From Spirochaetia bacterium (GTDB lineage: Bacteria; Spirochaetota; Spirochaetia; CADAEX01), in NCBI GenBank assembly GCA_045606105.1, contig JAZURI010000009.1, positions 157 to 64,156 on the forward strand: a DNA stretch of 64,000 nucleotides. The letters run 5' to 3'. The translations under genes were made by a program, and so were the position numbers. Positions 57,992 to 64,000 of the stretch are shown piece after piece. Under the pieces are notes generated by a model, which searched no databases, was not told where the DNA came from, and was given only the letters and a program-made list of their open reading frames with translations. How positions within the stretch are numbered: the stretch's first letter is position 1; each line of letters starts with the position of its first letter.

Positions 57992-60645
57992 AAAGCGGTT
58001 TTACTGTGATGCTGACATTCCTTGCTGCTTTCATGATGGGGCTCTTTTCCCTGCTGTTTCTGAAGGCTTCATTTTATCCTGAACTTTCGGTTCCCTATGT
58101 CTGTATCGTTACCGTGCTGCCCGGAGCCTCCCCGTACGATGTGGAAAAGCTGGTAACGGTTCCGCTGGAAAGCAAGCTGGCTTCCGTAAGGAAAGTCAGG
58201 AGCATGATATCCTCTTCCGCTCGGGGAATAAGCATGATAAGGCTGAGATTCGACTGGGATGCGGATATGGAGATACTGGGAAGCGAAATCAGGAACAAGG
58301 TCGATTCCGCATATCCTTATCTGCCGGATGCAGCCTCAAGACCGGTTCCTGTTTTCGGTGAGGTTTCTGACTCTGCCGCCATGGTACTGGCCATATTTCC
58401 GGAAGAGGGAAGAAAGATTTCCGATATTTCGGCATTGGCTTCGGAAGAGCTTGCCGGCAGACTCATGGGAATAGAAGGTGTAGCCCAGGTCTGTTTCAGA
58501 GGGGTCCTTGAAAAGGAAATCCTGGCAGAGGTGGATTATCCTTCACTCATGTCGGTGGAAAATATCGACCTTGAAGCAGTAAACGAAATCATTGAACGGT
58601 GCGTTTTCAGCTATCCCGTGGGGGCTGTGGAGAACCACCGTTTCAGATATGAAATCAAAGGAAAAAGTGATATTGAAACCATTGCCGATCTGGAAAGGAT
58701 TCCCTTGAATGAGGACAATACGCTGCTGTTGGGAGATATAGCAGATATCTCATTGCAGGATAAGGAAAAAACATCGGTTTTCAGAGTGAACGGCCGGGAG
58801 TGTATAGGGGTGGAGCTTATAAAAGGGGGTACTGCGGGGCTGGCAGATACCTGCAGGGCTGTCCGTTCCCGGCTGCCGGAGCTGGAACAGCTTTACCGCA
58901 ATATATTTTCGGTGGAAATTCTGGAGGACAGGTCGGTACCTCTGGTTGAATCAATGAAGGAGCTGATCATATCCCTGATTACCGGAATTGCCTGCGGTGC
59001 CGGGGTCATTATCCTTCTTTCGGGAAACAGGAAAGCAGCTCTTGTGGTGACAGCCTCCCTGCCGCTGTCCCTTTTCCCGGTCTTTATTTTCATGTATTTC
59101 AAGGGAATAACCCTGAACATAATATCTGTTTCTGCCCTTACGATAGGGGCAGGTATGGTTTTTGACAGCAGCATTGTGGTGGCCGGAAGAAAAAAGGCTC
59201 TTATGTCGGTGCTTGGCTCCACTGTTACAACAATAATTGTTTTTCTGCCATTGATGCTGGTTTCCGGAATAGTTGGCAGGGTTTTCGGAGATCTCGCCTT
59301 TACGGTGGCGGTTTTTCTGGGCGTTTCCTGTGTTACGGCGCTTCTGTTTTCGAAAAGATGCTTCGGACAGATGAAGATTTATGAAAAAGGGGGACTGAGG
59401 TGTCCCGCAGTGGGTGTCCTGTACAGCCGGTATTTTGATTTTGCTGTTGCTCATAAACGGATTACAGCCATGGTTGCCCTTGTTTTTCTGCTGCCTGTGA
59501 TGCTGCTCTTCCATATCAGGTTTGAATTGGTTCCCGGATCTGAAAGTGAAAGGCTTGTGGCACAGGTCTGTTTTCCGGATGGTCTCTCCTTCGGGGAATA
59601 CTGCAGGAAGGGGGAAATGCTGGAAAAGGAGCTTATGCATCACGGGGCATCTGTTGTTCTCTCCGGAGGCTGTGAGCCTGATGATATTTACTCGGCCGCA
59701 TGGGAATACGGAGCTGAAAACTGCTTTACATTCAGGCTTGAGGGGATTGATGAAAGGAGTGCGGAAAGGATTCTTGAAAAAGGGGATTTTACCTTTTTTC
59801 TGGGACGGGAAAAAAGTTTTCTGCAGAATATGATGGGTTCTGTTGACGAGAAGCTGAAGCTGGCTTCCGGCCGGTATTCCGATTATCTGGAGGTAAAGGC
59901 TTCGGAGCTTTCTCCCCATGATGTTTTCAGGAACATGGTGCTGGGAACGGAGGGAAATGTTCCGGCAGAGCTGGAGGTGGAGGGAGTCAGAACCGATATC
60001 AGGGTGCGTTACAGCAGGAAATATGTCGATTCGGCAGAAAAGGTGGTCTCTCTCATGGTGAAAAAGGATGGAATTCCTGTATTTACATCTCCCCATCTGA
60101 GTCTTGAGAAAAAAAGGGTCCGGTCGGTTCTTCTCCGTAATAACAGGAAGCCTGTCACCGGTGTGGAGGAGCAGATTCTTTCCGGAAAGGAGATCAGGGA
60201 AACCGGGCTTCTCTTTGCAGGAGCCCTGATTTTTATCTGGCTGGCCCTGGCCTTTCAGTTTGAATCCCTTACCGATCCCCTTAAGGTGCTGGCTCTGATT
60301 CCGGCCGGAGCAGGCGGAAGCCTTCTGTTTCTGATGCTCACCGGGAACAGCCTGAATATCGGCTCTCTGCTGGGAATCATGATAATGTCGGGAACTGCCG
60401 TTAATTCAGGAATTCTGGTTCTGGAGGATATAAAAGAGGGTGTGCCTCTCCGGCAGGCTGCCGTATCAAGGTCTGAAACCGTGGTACTCACCGTTTCATC
60501 GACTCTTCTTGCCCTGCTTCCCGTAGCCTTTACGGGAGATAATCCTCTCATCGGAAGCTCTTCCCTTTCTCTGGCCGGAGGTCTGCTGTGGGGAACTCTG
60601 GCTTTTCTGGTATCTGTTCCGCTGCTGCAGAGGAAAAAACAATGA
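57988..60645 (+). CDS. RND-family efflux permease (AcrB-like, compact)
   Basis: 885 aa with a 1+5+1+5 TM pattern around two periplasmic loops. N-terminus SVPYVCIVTVLPGASPYDVEKLVTVPLE is typical of the RND superfamily. Confidence 0.7.
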   Translation: MKSGFTVMLTFLAAFMMGLFSLLFLKASFYPELSVPYVCIVTVLPGASPYDVEKLVTVPLESKLASVRKVRSMISSSARGISMIRLRFDWDADMEILGSEIRNKVDSAYPYLPDAASRPVPVFGEVSDSAAMVLAIFPEEGRKISDISALASEELAGRLMGIEGVAQVCFRGVLEKEILAEVDYPSLMSVENIDLEAVNEIIERCVFSYPVGAVENHRFRYEIKGKSDIETIADLERIPLNEDNTLLLGDIADISLQDKEKTSVFRVNGRECIGVELIKGGTAGLADTCRAVRSRLPELEQLYRNIFSVEILEDRSVPLVESMKELIISLITGIACGAGVIILLSGNRKAALVVTASLPLSLFPVFIFMYFKGITLNIISVSALTIGAGMVFDSSIVVAGRKKALMSVLGSTVTTIIVFLPLMLVSGIVGRVFGDLAFTVAVFLGVSCVTALLFSKRCFGQMKIYEKGGLRCPAVGVLYSRYFDFAVAHKRITAMVALVFLLPVMLLFHIRFELVPGSESERLVAQVCFPDGLSFGEYCRKGEMLEKELMHHGASVVLSGGCEPDDIYSAAWEYGAENCFTFRLEGIDERSAERILEKGDFTFFLGREKSFLQNMMGSVDEKLKLASGRYSDYLEVKASELSPHDVFRNMVLGTEGNVPAELEVEGVRTDIRVRYSRKYVDSAEKVVSLMVKKDGIPVFTSPHLSLEKKRVRSVLLRNNRKPVTGVEEQILSGKEIRETGLLFAGALIFIWLALAFQFESLTDPLKVLALIPAGAGGSLLFLMLTGNSLNIGSLLGIMIMSGTAVNSGILVLEDIKEGVPLRQAAVSRSETVVLTVSSTLLALLPVAFTGDNPLIGSSSLSLAGGLLWGTLAFLVSVPLLQRKKQ

Positions 60646-62714
60646 AATTAAGCCCTTTCAGAACATTTCTTGCATTTACGGTTACCTTTGTTCTGTTTAT
60701 CTTGGTTATCGGCATGAAAGGCTCTGTCTCCCTGATGCCGGTTCTTCCTGCAGAAAGCATTACTGTGGAATTCCGTTATGACGGGGCATCGGAGTATCAG
60801 GTCGAGGAGCTGGTTACGGTACTGGAGAATGCCTATGCCGCATTGCCTGAGGTCAGCAGTCTGTTTTCCCTGTCGGAGCCGGGCAGAGGAAGAATAGTTG
60901 TCAGCTTCAAGGAGAGCAGCAATCCGGGGCGGGCATATATCAGGATTTCCGATGAAACGGCCCGATGCTTTTCAGACTTTCCCCATAGGGTTAACCGACC
61001 TCTGATCATGAAGGGGGACAGCAGCAGCTCTCCGGTTTATATAGCGGTGTATGAGGGAAAGGAAACCGGAAAGATAAAAAGGACCCTGGAGCAGATTGAC
61101 GGTGTGGGGGAGGTGACTGTTGCCGGAGAGTCTGTAAAGGAGCTTTTTGTAAAAATTGATCCGGAACGGCTCATCAATGCCGGTTTTTTTCCCTCCGATA
61201 TATCGGGCGCAATCAGGAAATACAATTTCAGCGGTACGGTTTCGATTCCAGACGGCACACAGCTGATTTTCTCGGAAAGGCCGGAAAGAGAAGAGGATTT
61301 CGGGAGGATTCCTCTGAATGAAAACGGAATGGTTCTGTCTGATGTGGCAGAAATCAGCTTCAGGAAAAGAGAGGAACAGAGCTTCGGAAGAATCAACGGA
61401 AAAGATTCTCCCATAGTCTACATAACCGAAAACGGAGACAGGAATACGGCAGCGCTCTGCCGGGAACTGAACCGTATTGCATCCGGTCTGGGCTGCCGTA
61501 AAATCTACAGCCGGGGAGAGGATATCGAAGCAGGTCTTGCATGGGCTTTCGGGCTGACTTTGCTTTGTCAGCTGGCTGTTGTTGCCTGTATCAGAATAAG
61601 GACAGGCAGTACTTCGGCCGCATTGAAAAGTGCCTTTGGTCTTGCATACTGTACAGCCGGCGCCCTTGCCGTCATTTCTGCCGCAGGTCTCAGGATTGAT
61701 GCGGCGGTGTCCGCCTCTCTCTGTGCCGCATCCGTATTGTCGGTAAAAGGAAGCTGTTCCCGGGTCAGTTTTTCCCTGGCTGCGGCAGTCATGCTTTCCG
61801 TTGCCCTTTTCTATTGTTCTCCCGGAACAGAAATCCTTCTCAGGGCTCCGGTCTCGGCCCTCCTCTTCTTTCTCCTTTTCTCCCTGCTGTTTCCCCGTCC
61901 GGCTTCCGGCAGAATCCTGATTCTGCTTCTGATGGTTCCCATCCAGCTTTTTCCGGTTCTGAAACCGGAAAAGGAAGCCGGATTTTCCATGGAATACAGG
62001 AACGGAACCTCTGCGGAATATATCAGAAAAACTGCAGGTATTGCCGAAAGCATGCTTATTGAAAAGGGAGGCTTCGAGGATCTGGCGGTATATGGAGAGG
62101 GGGAACGGGTTTCCTTCAGTACAGGGAAGGGGAGCTTGCCCGAAATGGACGGGAGCCTGTTTCCCGATGTTTTCTTTTATTATCCCGAAAGATTCAGCCG
62201 CAGGACAACCGAGGTTGTAATTTACGGACGGAGCATGGACAGCCTCTATGAAAATGCCACTGTCCTGACCGGCAGGCTGAAGGCTCTGTTTCCAGGTGCG
62301 GAAATAGTGCTGAATTACGGAAACAGGATTATGTCTCCTGTTTTTATCTTTCCTGCAGAATGCGCTGTCACAGGGATGTTTCCGCGGGATATTTCATTGC
62401 TGGTATCGGATATTGTGTCGGCACCGGTGGTTGGCAAGCTTTTTCTTCATGACGGAGAGCACGATATCAGGATGGGAGGGGAGAGGAGGCGTTATCCCGA
62501 GGAGGCTGCTTCAAATCCGTATGCCGGCAGCCGGATAAGGATGGACCGGGAGCTTCATCCTCCCGGGATTATCCACAGAAACAGGATCAGATCTCTTTCC
62601 TTTATGGTCAGGGGAGCAGACAGGAGCCTTCTTGGGAAGGAAATTGCCTCCTTTGTTTTTACCGGAGATTGCCGCGGTGAAATCTGCAGTCATAAAGAAT
62701 TTCTTATGCCTTGA
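60642..62714 (+). CDS. RND-like half-size membrane protein
   Basis: TM1, then a loop of about 300 aa, then a five-TM bundle and a long C-terminal soluble region. No second TM bundle. N-terminal loop resembles an RND periplasmic domain. Start overlaps the upstream stop (ATGA). Confidence 0.5.
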   Translation: MKLSPFRTFLAFTVTFVLFILVIGMKGSVSLMPVLPAESITVEFRYDGASEYQVEELVTVLENAYAALPEVSSLFSLSEPGRGRIVVSFKESSNPGRAYIRISDETARCFSDFPHRVNRPLIMKGDSSSSPVYIAVYEGKETGKIKRTLEQIDGVGEVTVAGESVKELFVKIDPERLINAGFFPSDISGAIRKYNFSGTVSIPDGTQLIFSERPEREEDFGRIPLNENGMVLSDVAEISFRKREEQSFGRINGKDSPIVYITENGDRNTAALCRELNRIASGLGCRKIYSRGEDIEAGLAWAFGLTLLCQLAVVACIRIRTGSTSAALKSAFGLAYCTAGALAVISAAGLRIDAAVSASLCAASVLSVKGSCSRVSFSLAAAVMLSVALFYCSPGTEILLRAPVSALLFFLLFSLLFPRPASGRILILLLMVPIQLFPVLKPEKEAGFSMEYRNGTSAEYIRKTAGIAESMLIEKGGFEDLAVYGEGERVSFSTGKGSLPEMDGSLFPDVFFYYPERFSRRTTEVVIYGRSMDSLYENATVLTGRLKALFPGAEIVLNYGNRIMSPVFIFPAECAVTGMFPRDISLLVSDIVSAPVVGKLFLHDGEHDIRMGGERRRYPEEAASNPYAGSRIRMDRELHPPGIIHRNRIRSLSFMVRGADRSLLGKEIASFVFTGDCRGEICSHKEFLMP

Positions 62715-62791
62715 AAAAGTCTTGATAAAAAAGTATATTATAAGAAGTGAAAATAATTTAATTGGCCTGAAGGCAATAATTTGGAGGAATA

Positions 62792-63994
62792 ATGAAAATT
62801 CTTGTAATTAACTGTGGTTCCAGCTCACTCAAGTATCAGCTTATTGATATGCAGGACGAAAGCATCATCTGCAAGGGTCTCTGCGAGCGTATCGGTATCA
62901 ACGGAAGTAAGATCACTCACCAGGTAGGAAAGCAGAAATGGGAGAAAGAGGTTCCTTTCCCAACACATACAGAAGCTTTCATGGAAGTTGTAGACCAGAT
63001 GACAGCAGGCGAAGGTGCCGTTATCAAGAGCAAGGATGAAATCGACGCTATCGGACACAGAATCGTTCAGGGTGCTGAATGGTTCACAAAATCAGAAATC
63101 GTTACAGATGCCATCATTGACAAGATCGAAGAAATTGCCCCACTTGCACCTGTTCACAACCTTGCACACGTACAGGGTCTCAGAAGTGCAAAGAAGGTTT
63201 TCGGTGCAGATATGCCGAATGTTGTAGTATTCGACACAACATTCCACCAGACAATGCCTCCAAAGGCTTATATGTACGGTATTCCATACAAGTTCTATGA
63301 AGAAAACAAGATCCGCCGCTACGGTGCTCACGGAACAAGCCACAGATATGTAAGCATGAAGGCTGCAGAATTCCTCGGAAAGCCTGCTTCAGAACTCAAG
63401 ATTGTTACATGTCACCTCGGAAACGGTTCTTCCATCACAGCTGTTGACGGAGGAAAGTGCGTGGATACAAGTATGGGTCTTACTCCTCTCGCAGGTGTTC
63501 TCATGGGAACAAGATGCGGTGACATCGACCCAAGTGTTGTAACATACATGGAACAGATTACAGGTATGCACGGTCAGGAAATGGCTGATTACCTCAACAA
63601 GAAGAGCGGTCTCCTTGGTGTTTCCGGTATTTCCAGCGACAAGAGAGATATCGAGAACGCAATGATGGAAGGAAACGAAAGAGCAAAGCTTGCAAGCGAC
63701 ATGCTCAACTATCAGATCAAGAAATTCGTAGGAGCTTACACAGCAGCTATGGGTGGTCTTGACTGTATCGTATTCACAGGCGGTATCGGAGAAAACGACA
63801 AGATTGTAAGACAGGAAGTATGTGCCGGAATGGAATTCTTCGGACTTTCAATCGATCCTGCCCTCAATGACAGAAAAGGCAGAGACATTGTAGATATCAC
63901 AGGACCGGACAGCAAGGTTAAGGTTCTTATCATCTGTACAAACGAAGAGCTCATGATCGCAAGAGATACAATGGCTCTCGTAAAAAAGGACTGA
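62792..63994 (+). CDS. ackA: Acetate kinase
   Basis: MKILVINCGSSSLKYQL N-terminus and conserved ASKHGT-family motifs. 400 aa. Confidence 0.95.
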   Translation: MKILVINCGSSSLKYQLIDMQDESIICKGLCERIGINGSKITHQVGKQKWEKEVPFPTHTEAFMEVVDQMTAGEGAVIKSKDEIDAIGHRIVQGAEWFTKSEIVTDAIIDKIEEIAPLAPVHNLAHVQGLRSAKKVFGADMPNVVVFDTTFHQTMPPKAYMYGIPYKFYEENKIRRYGAHGTSHRYVSMKAAEFLGKPASELKIVTCHLGNGSSITAVDGGKCVDTSMGLTPLAGVLMGTRCGDIDPSVVTYMEQITGMHGQEMADYLNKKSGLLGVSGISSDKRDIENAMMEGNERAKLASDMLNYQIKKFVGAYTAAMGGLDCIVFTGGIGENDKIVRQEVCAGMEFFGLSIDPALNDRKGRDIVDITGPDSKVKVLIICTNEELMIARDTMALVKKD

Positions 63995-64000
63995 TCTGAC

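Noticed and set aside
58951-60096. 381-aa minus-strand ORF
   Set aside because: Antisense inside the RND permease gene. Its His- and Arg-rich, low-complexity translation is typical of a reverse-frame artefact.
1-64000. CRISPR arrays, rRNA genes, prophage structural genes
   Set aside because: No regularly spaced direct repeats, no rRNA-like conserved stretches, and no capsid, terminase or integrase signatures were seen on either strand.

Overview
This 64-kb window looks like bacterial chromosome, probably from a spirochaete-like anaerobe, though the taxon cannot be fixed from sequence alone. Most of it is housekeeping genes at roughly 50% GC.

Core content, in order: an Rpn-type nuclease fragment at the left edge; azlCD; a T-box-like leader in front of a PutP-like Na+/solute symporter; a MATE efflux gene; an RluA-family pseudouridine synthase; a HydE-like radical-SAM gene with a NifX-like gene; rex-serC-serA with a textbook Rex operator; nth; tRNA-Pro(UGG); rlmKL; a U32 peptidase; coaD; rpmF-acpP-rnc; a sensory [FeFe]-hydrogenase-like gene with RsbW/STAS/PP2C partner-switching genes flanking an ECF transporter; ffh-rpsP-KH-rimM-trmD-rplS-yraN; trmL; leuS; pepP; a TolC/MFP/RND efflux locus; and ackA.

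Between the NifX-like gene (ends 9411) and the serA terminator (about 24470) sits a roughly 15-kb, markedly AT-rich island (about 35-38% GC by eye). No integrase or flanking direct repeats were seen. Left to right the island holds:
- an HNH nuclease, a stand-alone receiver protein, and a 713-aa histidine kinase that carries an extra N-terminal MORC/MutL-like GHKL ATPase domain;
- a gamma-class N6-adenine methyltransferase with an uncharacterised 335-aa partner;
- a 52-aa membrane micro-ORF and a HAD-like hydrolase;
- hsdS, hsdM and hsdR (type I restriction-modification);
- a divergently transcribed AAA15/ABC-type ATPase paired with a small PD-(D/E)xK-like protein;
- a Fic/Doc protein.

The kinase/receiver/HNH trio is the best candidate for an undescribed or variant phosphorelay-controlled defence system. 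It resembles the Detocs arrangement but is not the canonical form. The ATPase/nuclease pair and the HAD-like gene inside the hsd operon are secondary candidates.

All calls rest on reading the motifs by eye. No database searches or structure predictions were run.
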